Shown here: piece after piece, positions 8,844 to 17,185 of the stretch
Position numbering within the stretch: the stretch's first letter is position 1
How the letters are laid out: each line of letters begins with the position of its first letter
Assembly: GCA_039586365.1 (NCBI GenBank)
Contig: JBDHKN010000055.1
Location: forward strand, 1 to 36,552
DNA length: 36,552 nt
DNA from: Gemmatimonadota bacterium
GTDB taxonomy: Bacteria; Gemmatimonadota; Gemmatimonadetes; Gemmatimonadales; GWC2-71-9
Direction: 5' to 3'
Made by a program: the position numbers and the translations under genes
Notes under the pieces: model-generated
Seen by the model: the letters and a program-made list of their open reading frames with translations, nothing else
Told to the model about the DNA's origin: nothing
Databases searched by the model: none

Positions 8844-9227
8844 ATGCACTGGTTACCCGGAGCCAGGGGATTCACTCCCTCTGTTCTCCTTCCCTCAGCC
8901 GCCGCATGGGCTCGTCACCCGCGGTAGGGCTTCTGGGAGCTCCGGCTTCCATCCCCTTGCGGCTTGGCCGAGCCGCGAGGTTCGCCAGTGCCAGCGCTGC
9001 GAGTCGGATCGAGTCGCGGATCGATCCCTCACACTGCTCGCCGAGGCGCCAGATCGGCGTGGACGAGGCGCGCGACTGGCCTCGCCGTCTCCAGTCGGGG
9101 TGGCTCACCCGGATCGCTGGACGCCTGAGCCCTTGATTGCGTCGGCGCCCTCCCCGGAATTCCCGCTGGAGGCATCCACTCAGGGCGTAGTCGCAGCATC
9201 GAGGCCTTGACCCTTCCCCTGAATGTC
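8799..9227 (-). ncRNA. Putative large (~430 nt) structured noncoding RNA of unrecognised class
   Basis: Bounded by a sigma70-like promoter (9235-9262) and an intrinsic terminator (8799-8843), with no credible CDS. About a dozen complementary segments of 5-10 bp form nested helices and pseudoknots (see findings). Confidence 0.7.
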
Positions 9228-9234
9228 AAAAGAC

Positions 9235-9262
9235 AATGTACGGGCTCGCCAAAAACGCGCAA
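9235..9262 (-). promoter_or_regulatory. Sigma70-type promoter of the putative ncRNA
   Basis: Minus strand TTGCGC (9262-9257), 16-nt spacer, TACATT (9240-9235). Expected start near 9227. Confidence 0.6.
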
Positions 9263-9427
9263 GCGCCGATCTTTCTTCGGCTTACGTCACTTCATGTGAA
9301 GCATCTGTGGACGAATAAACAACAGCTTGACAGGATGTTGGAAATAGATTTCCACGTGATGTGGATTTGTGCAAAAGAGTTTTCCCAAATTACTCCACAG
9401 ACTTGCCTGGCCAACTTGCGTCGGGAA

Positions 9428-10084
9428 TCAGGGCTGACCGACGACTTCGTGGTAGAGATAAGGGTCGGCGGACGCCCGAGGCACAAACAGCAACCCACCC
9501 CCCCCTGTGGCAAACCAACCGGCGAGGAGCAAGTTTGAAACATCTTGTGCAGGACTGCCGAAGAGGACTTTGAGCCAGCGCCGAACGTGCTTCAGCTCAG
9601 GAGCGCGCCGGGACAGCATGGAAATCACGCCGCCTACACCCTGAGTGGCCCGTAGGAAATGAGCTAGCGCGTGCACTCTCTGGGCAAATTCGTAGGCTCG
9701 CACCCCGGGTTCGTCGTATAGCAGAGAACCTTCATAGGGATCCGCCGGAGGTGCATCCATCCGGGGCCCCAAATAGACGTATATGCGGCGACCGTCTCGT
9801 CTGCGCTCCACCATGGCTGCTGCACTCTCCCCGCTCAGGCGAGCAGCATGGATCAAGTCAGCATCATCTAGAATCCCGACCGCGACCGTCCATTCCAACG
9901 TCGCTAGCGCGTTGTGCAGCGGACAGCCCGCCTCCTCATCGTACGCGACAAACCGGGGAGCCTCGCCGGCACATTGAAAGAAATGTCCCAGCGCCTCAGC
10001 TCGATCGGTGAACGCCTGTTTGGTCTGCTGCACAGCTGACTGTTCCATATTGAGAGAAGATAACCCCACTTGAACAGGTCCCAT
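9428..10084 (-). CDS. Hypothetical soluble protein (~218 aa)
   Basis: Long ORF (to 10144) with globular composition. Likely start MGPVQVGL at 10084 (uncertain). No family recognised. Confidence 0.7.
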   Translation of the reverse strand: MGPVQVGLSSLNMEQSAVQQTKQAFTDRAEALGHFFQCAGEAPRFVAYDEEAGCPLHNALATLEWTVAVGILDDADLIHAARLSGESAAAMVERRRDGRRIYVYLGPRMDAPPADPYEGSLLYDEPGVRAYEFAQRVHALAHFLRATQGVGGVISMLSRRAPELKHVRRWLKVLFGSPAQDVSNLLLAGWFATGGGGLLFVPRASADPYLYHEVVGQP

Positions 10085-10159
10085 AGAGAACTGTCTTCCT
10101 TCCCGCTGATCCATGCCGCGGGCATTGCATTGAAGCTGAAGCACCGTCAGGTTTATTTC

Positions 10160-10777
10160 GTGCAGGTGTTGAAGCTTCTACAAATTGCCATCGTGGCACT
10201 TCTAGCCGCGAGTAGCTCCACGTTAGCTCAACGGCAGGAGTCTCTGCTACAGCGTTGGGTCGGGACGACCCATGAAGGCCGCCCACTGTTTCTCGATTTC
10301 TACGCAGACACAATGCTGGTGGTAAACGACCGGTACATCGCCGATTTCGAAATGAGGGGGGACACTCTCATAGCCGTTGGCGACACCAGCTTCACCGTAC
10401 ACTACCGGTTTGCACCCATGGACCGGTTGCTGTTGCGGACCGAGGATGGCCACATCCTCACCATGAGCCGTCAGGGTCCGTTGGCGCGCCCTCTGTGGGG
10501 TAACTGGCTCGGCAGGCCGATTCGGTCGCCTGACAGAATCCTCGAACTCCGAATGACTCCGAGTGGGGTGGCTTATTGGCGCTGGCTTGCACAGGGTACG
10601 TGGACCGAAGGCGAATGGGACCGGTTTCACCGCAGGATCTCGTTCACGTGGCTACCGGACTCGACAGTCTGGGAAGGACTGTATGACCCAGCGGCGGGGC
10701 AGTTGCTATTTGACGAGACCGAGCCCGAGAGCGGCGTGACGATCCTGCGGCGATTCTTCCGCCGCCGTTCCTATTGA
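10160..10777 (+). CDS. Exported hypothetical protein, beta-rich with two L.(G).W-type repeats
   Basis: Signal-peptide-like VLKLLQIAIVALLAASSSTLAQ; LLQRWVG...LFLDF and PLWGNWLG...ILELR segments. Start among GTG/TTG codons at 10160-10169 is uncertain. Confidence 0.7.
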   Translation: MQVLKLLQIAIVALLAASSSTLAQRQESLLQRWVGTTHEGRPLFLDFYADTMLVVNDRYIADFEMRGDTLIAVGDTSFTVHYRFAPMDRLLLRTEDGHILTMSRQGPLARPLWGNWLGRPIRSPDRILELRMTPSGVAYWRWLAQGTWTEGEWDRFHRRISFTWLPDSTVWEGLYDPAAGQLLFDETEPESGVTILRRFFRRRSY

Positions 10778-10874
10778 AGAGGATCCGGATTCCGATCCGT
10801 TCAACAACTGCGCTTAGCCTGCGTACCCCTCAGCTGCTGATGACGCCACCCTCACCCCCACCAATTGAACCACG

Positions 10875-10903
10875 TTGCGTCTGCCGCTTCTCGAGACTAA
10901 CGT
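10875..10903 (+). promoter_or_regulatory. Sigma70-type promoter upstream of the binding protein/MCP pair
   Basis: TTGCGT (10875-10880), N17, TAACGT (10898-10903). Confidence 0.45.
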
Positions 10904-10912
10904 TGCGCGGCG

Positions 10913-12073
10913 ATGGATGAGTCCCGATTCACGGCTAGCTGCCGATACATGAGTAGGACGGTCCTGCGGCAACTGCATGTGGCTGCAGCGATGTTCGTCT
11001 TCGGTTGTGGCGACGGTGCCGATTCAGTCGTGATAGGCCTCGCTGGACCCTTCTCCGAGCCTCACGCTCAATCAATGCAGCTCGCTGCGGAGTTGGCCGT
11101 CTCTGAAATAAATCGGGCGGGTGGTGTCCGAGGGCGGATGCTCGAGTTGGCTATGCGCGACGACAGTGGGCGGGCCGCAGTCTCCGGTCTCGTGGCCAGG
11201 TCACTCTACGACGATCCCTCCGTCGTCGCTGTGATCGGACACTTGAGCAGCGCTGCGACGCTCACAGCAGGGCCGATTTACAACGGCGGCGCGAACCCAC
11301 TACCCCAAATCTCGCCTTCAGCATCGAGCCCAGAGATCAGTTCTCTGGGGCCTTACACCTTCCGGGTTTGCCCGACCGATGCGGTTCACGGCTCCCGCTT
11401 GGCAGATTGGGCCAGGCACAGTCTGGGTGCCAGGACGGCAGCGATAGTCTTTGAAAACGACGCGTACGGACGTGGTCTGAGTGCTGCTTTTAGAGAGAGC
11501 TTCACTCTGAACGGTGGTCACATCGTGACTGAGGACCCATTTACCGCTGGCATCCCCAGCTTCGAACCCTACTTCACACGCCTTCGCGTTCTCGGAGGAG
11601 CGGAGGTGCTCCTCATAGCCGGCACGCCCGGCAGCTCGGCCAGGATTCTCGCGACTCTGGACTCCGTTGGCCTCCGACCGGCAATCCTCGGCGGCGACGG
11701 AATCACCGGCGTCGAGCGGGACGGAGCCGATGCGGAAGGCGTATTCATCTCGACACACTACCTAGCGGACGCACCCGCCGCCCGCAATGAAGCGTTCGTG
11801 GCTGCCTACAGGCAGGCGTTTGGCGAAAGCACGCTCGACCACCGAGGAGCTGCCACGTATGACATTGTCCATCTCCTGGTTCGCGCCATCGAAGCCGTGG
11901 GTACTTCTCGATCCAGACTGCGTCAGTACCTCGCTGGCGTCGGCACTAGGTCGGAAACCTTCTCCGGGGTCACCGGACAAATCTCCTTCAGCAACCACGG
12001 AGATCTCATAAACGGGGACGTGACCATTGCGGTCGTCAGAGATCGTCGTCTCGTGGCGACAGTGGAACAGTAA
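10913..12073 (+). CDS. LivJ/LivK-type periplasmic binding protein, probable lipoprotein
   Basis: FVFGC lipobox-like; IGLAGPFS...[15 protein letters not shown]..., [34 protein letters not shown]. The true start may be Met at 10949. Confidence 0.9.
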   Translation: MDESRFTASCRYMSRTVLRQLHVAAAMFVFGCGDGADSVVIGLAGPFSEPHAQSMQLAAELAVSEINRAGGVRGRMLELAMRDDSGRAAVSGLVARSLYDDPSVVAVIGHLSSAATLTAGPIYNGGANPLPQISPSASSPEISSLGPYTFRVCPTDAVHGSRLADWARHSLGARTAAIVFENDAYGRGLSAAFRESFTLNGGHIVTEDPFTAGIPSFEPYFTRLRVLGGAEVLLIAGTPGSSARILATLDSVGLRPAILGGDGITGVERDGADAEGVFISTHYLADAPAARNEAFVAAYRQAFGESTLDHRGAATYDIVHLLVRAIEAVGTSRSRLRQYLAGVGTRSETFSGVTGQISFSNHGDLINGDVTIAVVRDRRLVATVEQ

Positions 12074-12075
12074 CG

Positions 12076-13773
12076 GTGAGGCCGGCGTTCAACACACTGC
12101 GATTCAGAATCGCTATCGGCGAGACGGCGCTTGTCGTCGGGATCGTGGTGATTGCGCTCATTGGACTGGGCGCCTTACGCACACTGCGCGATACGGTCAC
12201 CGGGGAACTGGCTTCACTGAGCCGGTCCCTGCAGGAAAGCAACGAACTGGCCGTCTCACTGTTCGACCAGATGAGAGCTGCTGAGCAATACCTGACTGAC
12301 CAGTCAGCCAACACCCTGGCGGCTTTTAAGACTGCCGGTGAGAGTAGCTATCGGAGCCAACGCAGGCTCCAACTCGTAAGCGGACTGCCGCCGACCGATC
12401 GTTTGGTGATTGGGAGGATCGGGACGCTACACGCGCAGGCCGAGGTATACTATAGCTTGGCTCACGCAAATCAGGACCTTGGGCGCCGCGCCGAAGCTCT
12501 TGCTGCCGCTGCCTCCGCGCGAGACTATGCCACGCAGCTGGTCGAGTCGATCCGCCAATTCCTGGCAGCCCAGACTCAACACACCGAGGCGACTTCTTTG
12601 GGCCTGCGGGAGATCGCTGCTGACCGCATGCTGTCGTCTATCACCATCCTCGCCGCCTCCTTGCTTGCTGCGGTCGCAATCGGTGTCGTGACTCTTCGTT
12701 CGGTCGAACTCCCCCTTGCGCGGCTTGCAGGCGCGGCGATGCGCTTTGGAGACGGTGATCTACGTCCGGTCTCTCTAGGAGAGATGCCGACTGAACTCCA
12801 GGACCTCACAGACGCAATGGACCGACTGGGTCAGACCCTTCGCTCTCTGGTGCGGGGGGTCACGGAGGAAAGTGAGCGAATCGCCGCCGCCGCTGAGGAT
12901 CTGACCGCGATAAGTCAAGGATTGGCCGCTACTGCAAGTGATATTTCCACTGCTACGGTAGAGATATCGGGCGGGGCGCAGGAACAAGTCGAGGGCATGG
13001 ACCGGAGCAGCACTGCGGCTGCAGAGTTGCAGGTAGCCACCGAGGATACCCGCCGAATCTCCAATCGGGTTTCCGAGCTGGGAGCCGGTATCAAGCGACT
13101 GACCGATACCTACCAGGGTGACGTATCCGCAGTCGGTGCCGCGCTGGTGGAGCTCAACGAGTTAGCAAAGAAGACCCAGCACCAAGTCCAGGAGCTCGAC
13201 AGGCTCTCGCAACCGATCTATGAGTTCATAGATCTGATCAAGCAGATCTCATCTCAGACGAATCTTCTCGCACTCAACGCCGCAATTGAGGCTGCTCGCG
13301 CTGGGGAGCGCGGCGTTGGCTTCTCTATCGTGGCGGAAGAAGTGCGTCAGCTGGCTGATTCCAGCTCGACAGCAGCGGAGAAAGTCGCGGCAACCGTCAA
13401 GACGATCCGCGACCAGGTTGCCGCCCTAGCCAACACCATGACTGTCAGTCGAGCCCGGGTGGGTGTGATCGATCCAGTGTCGCATGGCGTGGCCGAGGCG
13501 CTAGCGAGTATCGGCCAGGCAGTGGGAGAGATTGAGAACGAGTCCAAACGGATGACTGAGCAGGCGACGTCCCATTTGGGGGCGATGGGGCAGATCCTGG
13601 TGTCACTCAGAGCGGCATCGGAAACAGCTCGGGTACATGCGCAATCCAGCGAGGAGGTTGCCGCTGCGGCAGAACAACAGGGTGCTTCGACTGAGGAAAT
13701 GGCGGCGCAGGCTGGCGAGTTGAGTAGCGCCGCAGGTCGCCTGCGCTCGCTTGTCAGATTTTTCCGATCCTAG
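12076..13773 (+). CDS. Methyl-accepting chemotaxis protein (two TM helices, helical periplasmic sensor, HAMP)
   Basis: [40 protein letters not shown] signalling hairpin; HAMP region [17 protein letters not shown]. Confidence 0.95.
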   Translation: MRPAFNTLRFRIAIGETALVVGIVVIALIGLGALRTLRDTVTGELASLSRSLQESNELAVSLFDQMRAAEQYLTDQSANTLAAFKTAGESSYRSQRRLQLVSGLPPTDRLVIGRIGTLHAQAEVYYSLAHANQDLGRRAEALAAAASARDYATQLVESIRQFLAAQTQHTEATSLGLREIAADRMLSSITILAASLLAAVAIGVVTLRSVELPLARLAGAAMRFGDGDLRPVSLGEMPTELQDLTDAMDRLGQTLRSLVRGVTEESERIAAAAEDLTAISQGLAATASDISTATVEISGGAQEQVEGMDRSSTAAAELQVATEDTRRISNRVSELGAGIKRLTDTYQGDVSAVGAALVELNELAKKTQHQVQELDRLSQPIYEFIDLIKQISSQTNLLALNAAIEAARAGERGVGFSIVAEEVRQLADSSSTAAEKVAATVKTIRDQVAALANTMTVSRARVGVIDPVSHGVAEALASIGQAVGEIENESKRMTEQATSHLGAMGQILVSLRAASETARVHAQSSEEVAAAAEQQGASTEEMAAQAGELSSAAGRLRSLVRFFRS

Positions 13774-14219
13774 CGCCGCTTCTTCTTGGACACCTTACCA
13801 GCAGACTTTACGCGTTTGGTAGCTTTCTTTGCCGTCTTCTTAGATCCCTTGGCTGTCTGCTTGACCTTGCCCTTAGCCGTCTTGGCAGTGCCCACCCTGG
13901 TCCCGGTGGCGGCCTTCGACTTCGCGAGCTTCTTGACTGCGCCCCGGCCTCTGGTGGCTTTGGCCTTCTGCCTGTAACCGTTCCCGGACCTTTCAACCTC
14001 TTCCAGAAGTTCCGTTCCCTCGGAAGACGGAATCAATCCGCGGCGCGTTGCATACTGCACTAGCTCCCGGGCGTCCTGTATCCTGAACTCTCCAAGACCA
14101 GCACCGGCACGGATCATATGAACGATCGCGTCTGCCACGGGGCTCCTGAGAACGTTCGCCAATCCAGGAACCGACTCCAGCAGAGATGAGAGCTGCGATT
14201 CGCCGAGTTCGGCGGCCAT
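13770..14219 (-). CDS. Hypothetical protein with Lys/Ala-rich histone-H1-like C-terminal tail
   Basis: AGGAG RBS upstream; C-terminus [20 protein letters not shown]...[23 protein letters not shown]. Confidence 0.8.
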   Translation of the reverse strand: MAAELGESQLSSLLESVPGLANVLRSPVADAIVHMIRAGAGLGEFRIQDARELVQYATRRGLIPSSEGTELLEEVERSGNGYRQKAKATRGRGAVKKLAKSKAATGTRVGTAKTAKGKVKQTAKGSKKTAKKATKRVKSAGKVSKKKRR

Positions 14220-14254
14220 GCTGAACTCCTTGGAGGAGGTGAATTTGGAGCGGC

Positions 14255-14283
14255 AAGCTAGCTGGTGCTGGGTCCCACGTCAA
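14255..14283 (-). promoter_or_regulatory. Sigma70-type promoter for the Lys-rich protein gene
   Basis: Minus strand TTGACG (14283-14278), N17, TAGCTT (14260-14255). Confidence 0.6.
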
Positions 14284-14424
14284 GCCAAGGTGGTTTTCGC
14301 TCTGGTGGACGCAACTCGTTCGATAGCAATCGTTTACGCCTAGACGAGAGCTCGCTGACAGAAAGCTCTCATGCCCTGGCCGGCCTGGGGGAACCTACCT
14401 GGTAGGTGCGAATAGCCAGACTCG

Positions 14425-14700
14425 TCAGCCCACCGTCCTGCGGGTCCTGGGCGGGTTCTTACGCAGTAGGGGATTGCTCGCTCTACGCAGGATGCGCCAC
14501 TCGGACTGCGTAAGCATCTCCCCGAGCACCGTCTGCGTTTGTCGGTCTAGCGGAATGTCCAAGTGCATCTCGAGCCGGTATTCGGCCCGATCAGCTCCCC
14601 GGCCAAGCAGAACGAATCCCGCGCGCCCCGGTTGCACGGAATCAACCTCTATGTCGACCACCACAACAAACCCGTCGTCTCTCAGTTGTGAAGCCTCCAT
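14425..14700 (-). CDS. Small hypothetical protein (~91 aa)
   Basis: MEASQLRDDGFVVVVDIEVDSV...AEYRLEMHLDIPLD... has globular beta/alpha-like composition. Confidence 0.65.
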   Translation of the reverse strand: MEASQLRDDGFVVVVDIEVDSVQPGRAGFVLLGRGADRAEYRLEMHLDIPLDRQTQTVLGEMLTQSEWRILRRASNPLLRKNPPRTRRTVG

Positions 14701-14771
14701 GGTACACTCTCGGTAATGGATCATCTGCAACAGTTAACCCGGAGGAGGAACCCGTCAAGTGGCGGTGGTGT

Positions 14772-14800
14772 TTGCCACGTCGCCGTGGCCGGGGTAAATT
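14772..14800 (+). promoter_or_regulatory. Sigma70-type promoter for the zinc-ribbon gene
   Basis: TTGCCA (14772-14777), N17, TAAATT (14795-14800). Confidence 0.5.
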
Positions 14801-14829
14801 CTACCGTCAGACCAATCCAGGGGACGAGC

Positions 14830-15081
14830 TTGGGACGCCGAGGGATTAAAGAGTACCGACCCGCCGAAGCACTCCAGTTGATCCTTGCTGATCGAGACCG
14901 CGAATCGCTGAAGTGCCCTTCGTGCGGGCACAGTACGATCGAACGGACGCCGAAGAGGCGCCTCAGCGGAGCACGGTGGACCACACATCGGCAGGTGGTT
15001 CTACGGTGCGCTAAATGCGGTCGGCAAGCCGTCTACGTGCCGGGAAGCGTGACTCAGCCGTCACACCTCGAGACCAGCTAG
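14830..15081 (+). CDS. Small zinc-ribbon protein (CxxC...CxxC)
   Basis: LKCPSCG...VLRCAKCGRQAVY. TTG at 14830 follows the predicted promoter and a G-rich RBS; the ORF is open from 14716. Confidence 0.6.
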   Translation: MGRRGIKEYRPAEALQLILADRDRESLKCPSCGHSTIERTPKRRLSGARWTTHRQVVLRCAKCGRQAVYVPGSVTQPSHLETS

Positions 15082-15212
15082 TCTACACGCTCGCGAGCGG
15101 ACCAGACCGCTCGAAACCTGCCAAGACCGGTTCGCAGCCACGCCGAACTCGCATCCAGGCCGTATCCCAACCACGCCCACACTCGTGGCTTCTGGACTTT
15201 CAGTCGCTTGGT

Positions 15213-15920
15213 TCAATCAGGCGCTGAGAATATCCTGCGCCAGCGGATGGCCGTGAAAAACTGCATTGGCAGGACACCTTTGTTGTCGAAGCTGTAGTAG
15301 ATGAACCATGGCCTGCCATCGATTCGGTCTCGACCCAGGAAGCCCCAGTAGCGGCTGTCGTAGGAGTTGTCCCGGTTGTCTCCCATCACAAAGAACGAGT
15401 CCGGTGGGACAACGATGGGTCCCCAGTTCTTGAGAGACGGTCGGTACCGATCCGGGTCACCAACCAAGTAGCGAACCTGCCACGCTCTCATCCGGGGATC
15501 TTCCGGGTCCAGCAGCGGGTCCGTCTTCTTAGCATGTGGCTCGTCGAGGGGCTCCCCATCCAGGAACACTTGGTTGTTCTCCATCTGCAGGGTGTCGCCT
15601 GGTAAGCCAACGACACGCTTCACTACATTAGTGCCCGCCGACTCCGGAGAATCGAACACCACTACATCGAACCGTCGTGGCTCCCGGATTGCCGGCAGGC
15701 GTCTGTGCACGATAGGGATCTCGGCACCATAGAGTGCCTTGTTCACGAACAGGAAGTCCCCGATCAGGAGCGTGTTCTCCATGCTTGGCGACGGGATTCG
15801 AAACGCCTGCACTAGTAGGGCGCGCACTATGAACCAAATAAGCAGCGCGATCACGACGGACTTAGTCCATTCCCACAACCACCGGGATGCAGACCGGCGC
15901 GACTTCTCTTTACCGCTCAC
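15213..15920 (-). CDS. lepB: Signal peptidase I
   Basis: AFRIPSPSMENTL (catalytic Ser), VVKRVVGLPGD (catalytic Lys), GDNRDNSYDSRYWG. Confidence 0.96.
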   Translation of the reverse strand: MSGKEKSRRSASRWLWEWTKSVVIALLIWFIVRALLVQAFRIPSPSMENTLLIGDFLFVNKALYGAEIPIVHRRLPAIREPRRFDVVVFDSPESAGTNVVKRVVGLPGDTLQMENNQVFLDGEPLDEPHAKKTDPLLDPEDPRMRAWQVRYLVGDPDRYRPSLKNWGPIVVPPDSFFVMGDNRDNSYDSRYWGFLGRDRIDGRPWFIYYSFDNKGVLPMQFFTAIRWRRIFSAPD

Positions 15921-15939
15921 GGAGCCACTCCAACAAGAG

Positions 15940-17013
15940 TCATTGCTGTTCTACCCAGTCAGCAATGAAAATGTTTGTCTCGCCTTCAATACTCCCAAAA
16001 CGATTGGACGCAAACACGAGCTTCGTACCGTCCGGTGAGAACATCGGGAATCCATCGAATTCCCCGTGCGTTGTGACCTTGGTCAGCCCTGTTCCGTCGA
16101 TTCCAATCAGATAGAGATCGAAATTGCGGCTCTCCGGATTCTCGTAGTTGGACGAGAAGATTATCCTACGCCCATCGGGATGGAAGAACGGGGCGAAGTT
16201 GGCACCCCCCAAGTCAGTTACCTGCCGCTGGTTAGAGCCATCTGCCTCCATTACGCGGACCTCCATCCTACTCGGCCTCACCAGATCTGCTGCAAGCAAC
16301 TCTTTGTACTCTTGGATCTCTTCGGGTGAGGTTGGATGCCATGATCGGTACACGATCATCGACCCGTCGGGGGAGAAGAATGGTCCTCCGTCATACCCGA
16401 GCGATGTTGTAAGGCGCCTGACTCCAGTGCCGTCAACGTTCATCGTGTAGACGTCAAGATCTCCATCCATCAAAGAGGTGAACACGATGGTCCGGCCGTC
16501 GGGAGAGAGCGTGGCTTCGGCAGTGTAGCCTGCCGTTTCGGTGAGACGCCGCAAATCACTCCCATCAATCAGAGAAGTGTAGATGTCGAAATCATAAAGC
16601 GCCCAGACGTACCCGAGGGAGTAATCGGGGGGCAGGGGACAGCCCTCATCCGAATGGAACGTGCTGGAGTAGAGGATGCGGGAGCCGCCATTATAGAAGT
16701 AGCCGCAGGTGGTTCGTCCCAGCCCGTTCGAAGCACGCTGCAAACCCGTGCCGTTGACATTGATTACGAATTGCTGATCGCAGTGGTGCTCGTCATCGGT
16801 GCGCTGAAAGATCAGGTGCTGGCCGTCCGGCGAGAAATAGGCTTCCGCATTCTGTCCTCCAAAGGTCAGTTGCCGGAGAGCGCTGAAGTACTGTTCACCA
16901 TCATCCGGTGCTCTGTCCATTGCGCCGGACTCACCGCTTTGACATGCAGCAATTGTGCAGACCAGTGCCAACCACGCGAATCCTGCTGTGTAGGGCCACG
17001 ACCACTTGTTCAT
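15940..17013 (-). CDS. TolB-like beta-propeller lipoprotein (PD40 repeats)
   Basis: Lipobox IAAC; repeated FSPDG/LSPDG/FHPDG blades with ..RRLT.. linkers. Confidence 0.9.
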   Translation of the reverse strand: MNKWSWPYTAGFAWLALVCTIAACQSGESGAMDRAPDDGEQYFSALRQLTFGGQNAEAYFSPDGQHLIFQRTDDEHHCDQQFVINVNGTGLQRASNGLGRTTCGYFYNGGSRILYSSTFHSDEGCPLPPDYSLGYVWALYDFDIYTSLIDGSDLRRLTETAGYTAEATLSPDGRTIVFTSLMDGDLDVYTMNVDGTGVRRLTTSLGYDGGPFFSPDGSMIVYRSWHPTSPEEIQEYKELLAADLVRPSRMEVRVMEADGSNQRQVTDLGGANFAPFFHPDGRRIIFSSNYENPESRNFDLYLIGIDGTGLTKVTTHGEFDGFPMFSPDGTKLVFASNRFGSIEGETNIFIADWVEQQ

Positions 17014-17185
17014 ACGCGTTGCGATCCGGTTAAATGAAGCTAGTAAATGTAACAGGGGAGAACTGACCCAACCCGGCGCCGTGGCCTCGGAGTCTGCAAT
17101 TTTCCTCGCGTGAAATGCGACTATCTCCGGGTCGCGAGCGCGCCCAAATCGAGGTAAACACTTCCGTTACAATAGTTTAAAGATA

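Noticed and set aside
8872..9108. 78-aa minus-strand ORF (also ORFs 8774-9136 + and 9029-9262 -)
   Set aside because: Arg/Ala/Ser/Pro-rich GC-shadow composition with no motif or convincing RBS; the dense base-pairing is better explained by RNA structure.
8870..9220. CsrB/RsmZ-like protein-sponge RNA (many GGA trinucleotides)
   Set aside because: The GGAs are mostly in stems or junctions, not presented in repeated ANGGA hairpin loops; considered unlikely but not excluded.
8799..9227. RNase P RNA, tmRNA, SRP, 6S, Y RNA or group II intron identity for the candidate ncRNA
   Set aside because: No GAGGAAAGUCC or ACAGAA.CCGGCUUA RNase P motifs, no tRNA-like ends or T-loop/CCA, no SRP domain IV motif, too long and branched for 6S or Y RNA, and no group II domain V. 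This was judged by eye; an Rfam search is still required.
9290..9410. Replication origin (DnaA-box cluster)
   Set aside because: The boxes carry two or more mismatches to TTATCCACA, are few, and no dnaA/dnaN-type neighbours are present.
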